Assembly: GCF_004010195.1 (NCBI RefSeq)
Contig: NC_057718.1
Coordinates: 45,238,717 to 45,302,716 of the forward strand
DNA from: Chiloscyllium plagiosum
Taxonomy: Eukaryota
Direction of reading: 5' to 3'
Length of the DNA: 64,000 bases
Positions within the stretch are counted from its first letter, which is position 1; each line of letters starts with the position of its first letter. A model generated the notes under the pieces. The model saw nothing but the letters and a program-made list of their open reading frames with translations, had not been told where the DNA came from and did no database searches. Positions 12,125-23,921 of this stretch are shown piece by piece. Position numbers and translations under genes: made by a program.

Positions 12125-12940
12125 GAGTCATAGAGATGTACAGCATGGAAACAGACCCTTCGGTCCAACCCGACCATGCCGACCAGGTATCCCAACTCAA
12201 TATAGTCCCACCTACCAGCACCCGGCCCATATCCCTCCAAACCCTTCCTATTCATATACCCATCCAAATACCTCTTAAATGTTGCAATTGTACCAGCCTC
12301 CACCACATCCTCTGGCAGCTCATTCCATATACGTACCACCCTCTGCGTGAAAAAGTTGTCCCTTGGGTCTCTTTTATATCTTTCCCCTCTCACCCTAAAC
12401 CTATGCCTTCTAGTTCTGGACTCCCCGACCCCAGGGAAAAGACTTTGCCTATTTACTCTATCCATGCCCTTCATAATTTTGTAAACCTCTATAAGGTCAC
12501 CCTTCAGCATCCGTCACTCCAGGGAAAACAGCTCCCGCCTGTTCAGCCTCTTCCTGTAGCTCTGATCCTCCAACCCTGGCAACATCTTTGTAAACCTTTT
12601 CTGAACCCTTTCAAGTTTCTGAACATCTTTCTGATAGGAAGGAGACCAGAATTGCATACAGTATTCCAACAGTGGCCTACCCAATGTCCTGTACAGCTGC
12701 AACATGACCTCCCAACTCCTGTACTCAATACTCTGACCAATAAAGGAAAGCATACCAAACGCCTTCTTCACTATCCTATCTACCTGCGACTCCACTTTCA
12801 AGGAGCTATGAACCTACACTCCAAGGTCTCTTTGTTCAGCAACACTCCCTAGGACCTTACCATTAAGTGTATAAGTCCTGCTAAGCTTTGCTTTCCCAAA
12901 ATGCAGCACCTCACACTTATCTGAATTAAACTCCATCTGG
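12125..12940 (-). mobile_element. CR1/HER1-type LINE, 5'-truncated, relatively young
   Basis: ORFs 12514..12801 (LLEYCMQFWSPSY) and 11926..12510 (GDLIEVYKIMKG...FFTQRVVRIWNELP), followed by the 3' tail. Confidence 0.93.
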
Positions 12941-13445
12941 TCCATGCAAGCTCATTTAATCCTTCTGTTTCATGGGATCAGAAGGGGGGAGGTGAGGAAG
13001 AGGCCAACAATAGTGATGAAGAACACAATTGTGTGAAAATTTTGCAGCCCTTGGATGAAACAGCTCAGGTGGCGGACGAGCCTCTGCAAAACCCTGACCT
13101 CGTTCTCTAAATGGACAGGTCCTCCTTTGAAGACGATGCTGTGCAAAAAGCAGGATGGGCTGTCACCAGCTTGCATGAAGTAATAGTTCAAAGAAGTTTG
13201 CTGACAGACACTTCAGCCCAACAGGCAGAACTAAGAGCATTCAGGGAAATATGTAAGATAGCCAAAGGGAAAACAGCCAACATGATACAGATTCTCGATA
13301 TGCTTTTTGGGTGGCGCACAACTTTGGGTCTCCATGGCAAAAAAAGGGGATTCATTACTGCAGCAGGAACACCCATTCAGAATGGGGATGAGGTCTGAGA
13401 CCTCCTGAAAGCCACTCAATTGCCACAAGAAACTGAAATTCTGGA
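12941..13445 (+). mobile_element. Class I (gamma/epsilon-like) endogenous retrovirus pol fragment: tether plus RNase H, with stop and frameshift
   Basis: Reads FNPSVF...HNC...ADEPLQNPDLVL*MDRSS...AGWAV...TSAQQAELRA...GKTAN, then after a frameshift TDSRYAFWVAH, and ...RGFITAAGTPIQN. Confidence 0.85.
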
Positions 13446-15130
13446 ATGGAGTGTAAACTTGAGAGAGTGTGTGTGTGGTGCGCCTAAGAGAGAGAGTGTA
13501 TAGTGTAGTGGGGTCACGTGTAGTGTGACATGAACCTAACATCTTGGTTGAGGCCACCCTCATGGGTTCCCTACTTGGCTACACTACAGTTGACCCCGCT
13601 ACACTATACTCGCTCTCGCCCTCGCTCTCACACACACTCACTCATTCATACATATATACTCACACACTCATGTAGTCTCTTACTCACACACACACACATC
13701 CACGCACACACACGCATCTACGCACATACCCTCTCACAGGTTTACATTCCATCACACTCGCACACACTTTACCAAGCATGCAAACACCGACTTTCTCACG
13801 CGCTCTCACACTCGCACACAATCCCATGCACTCTCACATTCTCTCTCATGCACGTACACACACACACATGTCTATGGTTTGAATTTGTATTTGCTGAATT
13901 ACATTTGCAGATACATTCTATTTTGCTTCAAAAGCACACAATCTGCACGCAGTCAATCCATGTAATATTTTATAAATTCCACTTTGGAAATAGAACCGGC
14001 CTGACTCAAGACTGGGATAGAGACAGATTCTGACCTCACATCTTGTAATGCATTGTTGGAGCTGAGATGACACTTTTCTTTTAATAAACCTTAACCTATC
14101 TCGAGAATGTGACTTAAAAAAGTTCTGGGATTTACATATTAATGAACCAAAACCTGCAACCCATTCTAAAAGATGAAAGACTTAACAGCAATCTGGGTTT
14201 GTTCATTATGTCATTTCAGTTGCATGACACTATAATCGTTGGCTATAAATTCTGTGTTATATGCTCCTCTTTCACAGCTACCTGATGAAGGAGCAGCGCT
14301 TCCAAATAAACCTATTGGACTATATCCTGATGTTGTGATTTTTCAACTTTCACCACCCCAATCCAACACTGGCGCCTCCTCATCTTGTTAAGGTGTCAGC
14401 AGGTATTTTTAAATTGTGATGTGGTGGGTGTTCCTCCAGTGAAGCCAGGCATGTCCAAAATGCTTAAACACAATTTGACTATTATTTGATTTTTGTTTAG
14501 TACAAGAGAATATAGCTTTAAGATCTTTTTACACTTCAATAAAATGCAAATTCATTTTTCTGAAATTATATTGGCAGCCATATTTGTTTTGTGCAGATCA
14601 GGTGTGATGCCCTTCAACAACGACTGTGTTTAAAAATATTAACTTGGATTTGTCTTGAAACTTTCACGACCTGTTCATCTCAAACTTATAGTGAATAAAC
14701 TGCAGTTAACGTTATAATGTAGGAAACTTAGCCACAATGTCTTCATTCAACAATCTCCCACAAAGAGCAATGTAATAAGACCCAGATAAATATTTTAATA
14801 GGAATGAACCAAAACTCAAAACAAAAAATTTAGCTGCAAATCTTTTAGCTGCACAATTCTCCAATATACTTACGATCCTCTAATTGTTACCTTTTTGAGA
14901 ATTTCTGATTCTAATTGATTTTTTTGTAGCAATGTCTTTGACTGAAAAGCCCTAAACTTTGGACTTTAATCCAAAACCTGTTTTTATGCCTTTCCTGCTT
15001 TCGTTTGCTGAACGTAGATCAAACTTTTAATTGTCTGCCACAATATCCCTATGCATGCCTTGATACCAAATGTTGTTTAATCATGCACCTTCTGAATGTA
15101 GGTTTGCTTGCTGAGCTGAAATATCCATTT

Positions 15131-15170
15131 CCAGATGTTTCTTCACCCGACTAGGTAACATCTTCAGTGG
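15131..15170 (-). ncRNA. Minimal type I hammerhead ribozyme motif
   Basis: Minus strand reads CCA-CTGAAGA-TGTTACC TAGTC GGGTGAA-GAAACATC-TGG: core, stem II and CCA/TGG stem I. Confidence 0.6.
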
Positions 15171-15558
15171 GCCTCAGGCGAAGCACTGCAGATAATTCCT
15201 GCTTTCTATTTATATGTTTGGGTTTCTTTTGGGTTGGTGATGTTGTTTCCTGTGGTGAAGTGACTACCTGTTATTTTTCTCAGGGGGTGGTAGATTGGGT
15301 CTAACTCGATGTGTTTGTTGATTGAATTCCGGTTAGAATGCCATACTTCTACGAATTCTCGTGCATGTCTTTGTTTGGCAGAAGCATGGCATTCCAACTG
15401 GAACTCTATCAACAAACACATCGAGTTAGACCCCATCTACCATCCCCTGAGAAAAAGAACAGGAAGTGACTTCACCACAGGAAACAACATCACCAACCCA
15501 AAGAAATCCAAACATATAACTAGAAAGCAGGAATTATCAGCAGTGGTTCGCCTGAGGC

Positions 15559-15598
15559 CCACTGAATATGTTACCTAGTAGGATGACGAAACGTCTGG
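15559..15598 (+). ncRNA. Minimal hammerhead ribozyme motif (G8 mutated)
   Basis: CCA-CTGAATA-TGTTACC TAGTA GGATGAC-GAAACGTC-TGG. Confidence 0.55.
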
Positions 15599-16492
15599 AA
15601 ATGAACCTTTTAGCTCAGTGTGCAAACCTACATCCAGAACCTCAACCTGAGCTACAAATCTTAAAACTGATCAGCACCTTTGATGAACCTAGGGAAGTTT
15701 TGTGATTGTACGTGATACATAAATGCACATTGAGTTTGAAAAGTCCTGTTGACGGAAATTTGGCTTAACTTTTCTGGTATTTTTATTTGTTTATGCCTGT
15801 TTTGAATAGAGATTGACAGCAATTTCTGTGTTTATGAAAGAAGGTGACATATTGCATTGCCCACGTATTGGCAAGGGGGTGTTGCCAACTTTTATAAATC
15901 AGGTGACTAAATGTTTGAGTAAATGGAAGACTGTTTCATGTGCTAGTTAATAATCTGCACTGTGGTCAGTTTAAATATTCTGAAAAGTTTTAGTGCAGAA
16001 TAATGTCAGTGACATTATCTTTTGTTTAGAATGCAGCCATTACTTTGCCAATTGGATTTTCAAGGTGATCGTGTCGAATTCATTTGGGCTACAGCATCTA
16101 TCTTAGCTGTGCTGTGAAATTGTGTAGATGCTGACACAGTTTAAGACTCTTGTTTTCACATTGTAATTGCCTTAATGAGGCATAGGTCAGTTCTAGGGAG
16201 TGATTGGCACAAAAGCCAAATGATAGTAATTCACACTGAATCACAGAGTAAGGAACTTAACTTTTTTTAAAAAAAACTCTTTCTACACTCCTTGTGTGGG
16301 ATTTTGCATATGATTAGTAGGTACATTTTCACAACTTTGCACATGCCTATTCATTTTCTGTATGTAGTGATTGACTGACTGAGAGCCTACCCCTGCCTGT
16401 GAATTTTGAAATTTATTTGTTTCCATGGGGGAGCTGAGTTCCCTTTTGGTTCTGTTGACAAGCAGTTTGTTTTAGCAGCACTATTTAACTTT

Positions 16493-16752
16493 AAAAATCA
16501 GACAACACCCGGTTATAGTCCAACAGGCTTATTTGGAAGCATTAGCTTTTGGAACCCTGCTCCTTCAGGCGGTTGTCGAGTTAAGATTGTAAGACACAGA
16601 ATTTATAGCAGCAGTTTACAGTGTGATGCAACTGAAATTAATATATTGAAAAAGACCTGGATTGTTTAAGTCTCTCATCTTTTAGAATGACCATGTTGTG
16701 TGAGTTTTATCTTTGTACATCCCAGTCCAACACCAGCACCTCCCAAGTCATG
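16493..16752. mobile_element. Short fold-back Neptune-type insertion
   Basis: TSD ACTATTTAACTTT at 16480-16492 and 16753-16765. Inverted arm plus a short sense tail. Confidence 0.85.
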
Positions 16753-18066
16753 ACTATTTAACTTTCAGATGAGAAGTCACATTTACAAGCCATGTTTATT
16801 GCAACTTTGCTCTTTTACTTGCATGCAAATAAATCATTACATTTTAGCAATTTAAGATCCAAGTCATTCCATATCATCCTCTTGAAATGTCAGGATTACA
16901 ATTTTATTTTGTTACCTGTATTAAAATCGACATTAATGTATTAATTTCAAAGCCAAATAATGCTGATTCACTGTATTGAATTGAGTAAGCAAAATAGTGT
17001 TCTGGAGTGTAATTCCAAACAATGTAATAAAAACAATACAAATGTGGCTTTCTGCAAAATAATCATGTGCAGAAATAAAATATGCTGACTAATTATTAAA
17101 TTTGGAACCAGTTGAGATTGTTATTGCTTCAAATTGTTACAGCAACAATGGATTTATGTATGAGTTAAAAAAATTATGAAATTACTATACTCTTTCTCTA
17201 TTATTAGGCCTTTTAGGAATAATATGTGCAAGTTTTTGTAAATTTACTTTCTTTACTACAATTGCTTCTGTTCTGCTTCTGCCAGCACTATGACCAACTA
17301 TTGAACTATTACTTTGGTAAATCACCTGATTCACTGGTCTCCAGAATGCCCATGTAGAACTCTAGATGGCAGACCCATCACACATGCAAGAAACATGATC
17401 AGACTTCTTTTGTTAATACCAACTGATGTTGCCCTGGAAGAATGACTAAATGAAGAATATACTCCTCCTGTTGGCTGTCTATACTATATTTACCATGGCA
17501 GTTGCTGATTTGAAATTCATACAGTGCCTGCTTATTTTAACAGTTATAAAATTCAGTCAGTGTTGCATGGAGCAGATGCTTTTTTTCACTTCTACAAGGG
17601 TACCTTCAAGGCTGGTCCCATTATTAATTTTCTAACCTCTGCCTTGAAGGGGCCAACACTTAAGCTACTTTTTCCTCTCTTTTATTTAAGTAACGGAAGC
17701 TTTTACTGTCTGTTTTATATTTCCCTTGGGTTTTCTCTCATGCTCCAATTTCTCCCTCAATTTTTAGTCATCCTTTGCTGATTTCTAAAATTTTTCCCAG
17801 TCTTCTGAGCCATGGTAACCTTTGCAACATGGTGTAATGTTTCTCTGTTTATACCATTCATAACTTACTTACTAATCACAGATTCTTCTCATAAAAACTT
17901 CAGAATATAATCTCTAATGATTTCAAAAATCTCCTTTTATAAAGGTGTCATTGCTGCTATTTTGAATAGTTCTTTGATCAAAAATTGAATATTTTAGAAT
18001 TTCCTATATACATTGTGTTGTAAGTGTCCCATTATTGCAAATTCAGAAAGGGGCTTTTCTTTCCTT

Positions 18067-18369
18067 AGAATCATAGAATCCCTATAGTGCAGAAAGAAGC
18101 TGTTTGGCCCATCCATTCAGCACCGATCCTCCAAAGAATATCCCAGCCAGAGCTAACCCCCTCTCCTACCTCGTAACCCTGTATGGCTAACCATGGCCGA
18201 TCCACTCCACCTACACATCTTTGGACTGTTGGGGAGGGGAGCTGGAGCACCCAGAGGAAATCCATGCAGACATCAGGGAGAATGTCCAAACTTAAACGGT
18301 TTCCTGAGGATGGAATTGAACTCAGGTGCTTTGAGGCAGCAGTATTAATCACTGAGCCACCGTGCCACC
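18067..18369 (-). mobile_element. HE1-type SINE
   Basis: Reverse complement starts GTGGCACGGTGGCTCAGTG and ends GGGATTCTATGATTCT. Confidence 0.8.
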
Positions 18370-19589
18370 TACACTACCTTTATCTAACTTATTCCTTTTT
18401 AACTTTTGCCTTAGCCTAGCTTATTTTTCATTATATTTTCATGCTATATTAACCACCTTGTTGAATTTTCAAGCTGTTTAATTCAGGAATTGGCTCAGGT
18501 ATTTCATAAAATACTGGTATAAAATAATGGTGTACATGATAGACTAAAATTTATTAATGTAAGTATTGACTCTTATTAGCTCATGAAGGAGACTTTAAAT
18601 ATCAAATCTCTGTGGATGGACGGTTCTTTTTGATCAGGTACTATTTCAAATGTATGACTTTCAGAGTGTCTTAGTGAGAATGTTGGCTCACTGGATCACT
18701 TTAATGACCTTGCTCTGTATTGATATGACTATATGCAGAGATACATTTCACATGAAAAGCATCCCTTTAATTGTATACTCAGTGTCCTAATGAAGGACAA
18801 TTCTCCTGCTCCTTGGATGCTGTCTGACCTGCTGTGCTTTTCCAGCACTACACTCTCTTGACTCTGTAATGTTATCAAGAGTAACATTAGGAGAATGGCA
18901 CAGTTCAGCCCTATCACTGCTATGATAGTTAATCTGATTTCTATGATTTGACATTGTAGTTTAAGGTTGAACTGGTTTAAATAGCTTTAGATGTATGATA
19001 TTTTAGCAACTTAAATAGGTGGAGTATAGATGGTTGAATAATTTAATTTGTTACATTTCATTCAGGTACCCAGCAAATCAGAATAGATGCACAGAACTTA
19101 GAACTTAGCAACAAGCCATTTGGTCCATGTCAACATCTATCCTACAAGGGAGCAAGTACTGTTTTAATATATTTGCCTGCCCTGTTCCCACATTTCTTCC
19201 ACGTCTTTGCTTCATCGACCTATGCAATCTAATCTTGAATTTTAAAGAAGTTGTGATCTCAAATACGAAGAGAATTCTTCAGATTCGCGGTGGGTTTAAG
19301 GTGACCTGACTGCTTCAAAGACGTTCAAAATTAAGGCAGCCATCTGTGCAAACTCTGTAATTTGATACTTTAACCAGGAAGGGCAACAGGACTCTGGGAC
19401 ATTGTTGGCTGCTAGTCTGGACTGCACAAAGGATTGGAATTTGTCCAGTTGGCTGCAAATAACCCTCAAGCCAATACCCTAATGGGTAAGGTGACCTCTG
19501 TGACTAGCAGTGAGAAGCATGTAGTGATTGATGCAAATATTAAACTTAAGTAACTCCCACCATATACCTGGACATTCTTTAAGGCTTAA

Positions 19590-20588
19590 GTCATAGGGTT
19601 CTATAGCATGGAAATAGACCCTTCAGTCCAACTTGTCCATGCTGGCCAGATATCCAAAATGAATCTATTCCTATTTGTCAGCATTTGACCCATATCCCTC
19701 TAAACTTTTTCTGTTCATGTACCCATTGGATGCCTTTTAAATGTTGTAATTGTATCAGCCTCCACCAATTCCTCTGGCAGCTCATTTCATATACACACCA
19801 CCCTCAACATGAAACAGTTGCCCTTTAGATCCATTTTAAAATTTTCTCCTCTCACTTAAGCCTCTGCCCTCTAGTTTTTGACTCCCTTACTCTGGGGAAA
19901 TGATCTTGGCTATTTACTCTATCCATGCCCCTCATGATTTTCTCTAAAGTCACCCCTCAGCCTCCGAAGTTCCAGGCAAAATAGTTCCAGCCTATGCAGT
20001 CTCTCCCTATAGTTCAAACCCCCCAAAATTGGCAACATCCTTGGAAATCTTTTCTGAACCCTTTCAAGTTTCACAACATCCTTCCGCTAGGAAAGAGACC
20101 AGAATTGCAAACAATATTCCAAAAGTGACCTGACCAATGTCCTGTACAGCTGCATCATGACCTATACTCAGTGCACTGACCAATAAAGGCAAGCATACTG
20201 AACGTCACCTTCACTATCCTATCTACCTGTGACGCCACTTTCAAGGAGCTATGAGCCTGTACTGAGGTCTCTTTGTTTGGCAACACTCCCATTACTTACC
20301 ATTAGGTGTAAAACTGTTGCTCTGATTGCCTTTCCAAAATGTAGCACCTCCCATTTATCTAAATTAAACTCCATGTGCCACTCCCCTGCCCATCGTCCCA
20401 TCTGATCAAAATCCCATGGTACTCTGAGGTAACCTTCTTCGCTGTCCACTACACTACCAATTTTGGTGTCATCTGCAAACTTGCTAACTATACCTTCTAT
20501 GTTCACATCCAAATCATTTATATAAATGACTAAAAGCAGTGGATCCAGCACCGATCCTTGTGACACACCACTGGTCACAGGCCTCCAG
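19590..20588 (-). mobile_element. CR1/HER1-type LINE, 5'-truncated
   Basis: ORF 20249..20578 reads SGVSQGSVLDPLLLVIYINDLD...KFADDTKIG. Confidence 0.92.
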
Positions 20589-21214
20589 ATCCTGTCACCC
20601 TAACCTAATTTTTGTGAATTTGTTCAAATTAAATTGAGTATGCCCTTTTGAAAGTGAACCTGCGCTAGACATCAGACATTCTTCAGGAAATTTTTAAATG
20701 GGATGAAAACTTCCATGTATGGCACACATGTAGAGGTAGTCTTAAAGTATTTATTGAAGAGGATCTGGATTACAAACCTGAAATAAAATTATGTATTTGA
20801 ATTCATTTTACTTGATGAATTCATGCATTCTGCTGTGGCACTGTGCTTTGGATTCAAGCTTTAGCTCATATTTGGTTTGCTGCAGCAAAAAAAGCTCCAT
20901 TGTTGTTTGTTGTGCTATGGCTCATGCTTAAAAGCCTATTTTTGGACATTAAGGACATTGTCTGTGATAGGCATTTATGTCTGGCCAAATGAGTGAGGAA
21001 GAAATGGGATGGTGGAGAGTTGGGGGAGTTGAATTTTTATTCATTGTGCCCTACCTATTGTATGAATCTCAATTTGGAAACTTAAAGCGATGCCAGGAAT
21101 AGTAGAAGTAAAATACTGTGGATACTGATGGTTGAAAATAGGAGTGCTTGAGCAATCCTGCTGGTCTGGCAGTATCTCTACTTCTCTCTTCAGAGTTAAT
21201 ATTTGAAGTCATAT

Positions 21215-22372
21215 AGCCATAGAGATGTACAGCGTGGGAAGAAACCCTTCAGTCTAACTAGTCCATGCCAACCAGATATCTTAAATTAATCTAGTCACAT
21301 TTGCTAGCATATGGCCATATCACTTTAAACCTTTCCTATTCACAACATCTTTGCTATAGCAGGGAGACCAGAATTGCACACACTATTCCAAAAGCTAAAA
21401 ATCACACAACACCAGGTTATAGTCCAGCTGGTTTATTTGGAAGCACTAGCCTTTGGAGTGTTGCTCCTTCATCAGGTAGCTGTGGAGCAGGACCATAAGA
21501 CACATAATTTATTACAAAAGATTATAGTGTCATGCAACTGAAATGATATATTGAACAATATATTCAACATATCGTTTCAGTTGCATGACACTGTAAACTT
21601 TTGCTATAAATTCTGTCTTATAGTCCTGCTTCACAGCTCCCTGATGAAGGAGCAGCACTGCGAGAGCTAGTGCTTCCAAATAAACCTGTTGGACTGTAAC
21701 CTGGTGTTGTGATTTTTAACTTTGTCCACTCAGTCCAACACAGGTTTCTCCACATCATCTATTCCAAAAGTGGCCTAACCAATGTTGTGTAGGTTGTATT
21801 CAATGCTCTTCCAATAAAGGGAAGCATACTAAATGCTTTCTCCACTATCCTATCTACCTGTGACTCAACTTTCAAGGAACTATGAACCTCCACTCCAAGA
21901 CTTCTTTGTTCAGCAACACTCCCCAGGGCCTTAACATTAAGTGTGGAAGTCCTGTCCTGATTTGCCTTTCCAAAATACAGCACCTCTCATTTATCTAAAT
22001 TAAACTGCATCTGCCACTCCTCAGCCCATCAGTCCATCTGATCAAGATCCTGTTGTCCTCCCAGGTAACCTTCTTCACTGTCCAATACACCTCCAATTTT
22101 GGTGTCATCTGCAAACTTACTAACTATACCTCATGTTCACATCCAAATCATTTCTATAAATGACGAAAAGCAGTGGACCTAGCACGGATCCTTGTACCAT
22201 ACCACTGGTCACAGGCTTCCAGTCTGAAAAGCAACCTTCCATGTATCCCTCTCTGATACCATCATGCCAGTTCTGTATCCAAATGGCTAGTTCTCCCTGT
22301 GTTCTAACCTTTATAACCAGTCTACCATAAGGAACCTTGTCAAATGTTCATCAATCCTCTTTGGTACTTCAA
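21215..22372 (-). mobile_element. CR1/HER1-type LINE interrupted by a Neptune hairpin
   Basis: Same RT and 3' sequence as the other copies, with an internal deletion. The insertion is at 21395-21758. Confidence 0.88.
21395..21758. mobile_element. Neptune-type fold-back hairpin insertion
   Basis: TSD CTATTCCAAAAG at 21383-21394 and 21759-21770. Arms of about 160 bp meet almost without spacer at about 21558. Confidence 0.9.
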
Positions 22373-23097
22373 AAAAATCTCAAGTACGTTAATGAGATTC
22401 TGGGCAATCCAAGATTGGGGATGGGAAAAAACTATGGCTGTAAGAGGTGCGGTTTGAGGTGATTTTCTCGAATTCCAGGAGCAGTAATTACTGTTTTGTA
22501 AGCTCTTGCATTGTTTTGGAACTTTGGAGGAAAAAAATATCAAAACAACAGCACGTAAAAAAGGAGGAAGAGAACAAAGGCAGCGACCACATGATCAATG
22601 AGAGGGAAAGAAACCTACGCTGCTGTCTGATGCAGCAGTGAATCTGCACAGCTACTACCTTTTGCTGTTTTGAGTTTAAATATATCTGGACATCAGAATG
22701 TGTCTCAGAAAATTTAACAAACAGTGAAAATCACAGCTGACCTTGGAGGAAGTATGTGGGAGAGCTCGCAGCACAGGAGCAGATAAGTGCATGGTTTTTA
22801 AGTGTAACCTTGCTGTCTTTTTTAAGTGATTAGAGTGGGTTCTTTTTGGTTGTAGGTTTTATTGAGATCTGTGTCTTGATTTTTGTTTGAAGTCCTATAT
22901 GACTTTTTTTGGAACCGTGGGAATAGTGTTGCCCATTAACCTTCTGCAAATGATTTCCTGACAAGCCTATGCCTTTTCAAACTGATCTTAGGAAAACCAG
23001 AAAGAAAAGCATTGGAAGCACTGTTGTGTGTTGCTGAGACTTTCATTTTGGAAGTCTGAATTGGGGAATTCCCACAATTGTAAATGTAGGGGGTCTC

Positions 23098-23294
23098 CCA
23101 AAAGTAGTGATACAACAAATGACTGCTTTTATTCTTATGTTCATCTTTCAAACATTAGTTTGAAACTCAATAATTTAATTTACATGTGGATTGAACACCA
23201 AAAGTAGTGATACAACAAATGACTGCTTTTATTCTTATGTTCATCTTTCAAACATTAGTTTGAAACTCAATAATTTAATTTACATGTGGATTGA
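23098..23294. repeat. Exact 97-bp tandem duplication, period 100
   Basis: CCAAAAGTAGTGATAC...GTGGATTGA at 23098-23194 and 23198-23294. Confidence 0.95.
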
Positions 23295-23585
23295 GATAAG
23301 ATCTTTGATCTTTGACAATGTTGCTTTATAAACCATACAGGTCATTTGAAAGTCATACACTCTTTTCAGATCAATAAACATTTGATTTTCAATGTTGAAA
23401 AATCTAAGAATTTTGAATGATATTTATGATCCAAATTGCTTCAGGTGACTTCAGTACTGAGAAACATTAGAATTTTCTCTTGAACAATCAACTATTTATA
23501 ATCTTGAACAGGATTCTATCTACAGTTTCATGTGGCAATTTTTCTCAGCTGGTGCCAGTAGGCTCTTCAGTAGGCTATAAAAAAA

Positions 23586-23921
23586 GGGCAGCACGGTGGC
23601 TCAGTGGTTAGCACAGCTGCCTCACAGCACCAGGAACCCGGCTTCGATTCGAGCTTCTGGTGACTCTGTCTGTGTGGAGTTTGCACATTCTTCCCATGTC
23701 TGCATGGGTTTCCTCCCACCATCACAAAGGTATGCAGGTTAGGTGAATTAGCCGTCTAAATTGTACAGAGTGTTCAGGGATGTGTAGGTTAGGTGTATTA
23801 CTCAGGTTAAATGTAATAGTAGTAGGATAGGGGAATAGGCCTGGCTGGGTTGCTCTTCAGAGGGTTGGTGTGGGCTTGTTGGGCCAAATAGCCTGTTTCC
23901 ACACTGTAGGGATTCTATGAT
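23586..23921 (+). mobile_element. HE1-type SINE
   Basis: GGGCAGCACGGTGGCTCAGTGGTTAGCA head, B-box-like TTCGATTC, GGGATTCTATGAT tail. Confidence 0.88.

Larger units (their letters stand above)
11633..14382. mobile_element. Fold-back Neptune-type Penelope-like insertion hosting CR1 and ERV fragments
   Basis: TSD TCTTGTTAAG at 11623-11632 and 14383-14392. Inverted arms flip at about 13578. The minus strand near 13510-13570 encodes GTHEGGLNQDVRFMSHYT*, resembling a Neptune GIY-YIG C-terminus. Confidence 0.85.
15093..15665. mobile_element. Poseidon-type Penelope 3' ends joined as a palindrome
   Basis: ORFs 15206..15436 (-) and 15309..15578 (+) both encode WHSN.NSINKHIELDPIYHPLRK. Centre is at about 15380. 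Confidence 0.88.

Noticed and set aside
12049..12852. Longest ORF (267 aa, +)
   Set aside because: It is the antisense frame of a CR1 LINE fragment.
13530..14033. His/Thr-rich 167-aa ORF
   Set aside because: It is the translation of the CA/CT-rich Neptune 3' region.
22385..22930. LTR-like composition segment (also 1420-1800 and 4150-4900)
   Set aside because: No termini, TSD or second full copy could be defined by eye, so it was left uncalled.
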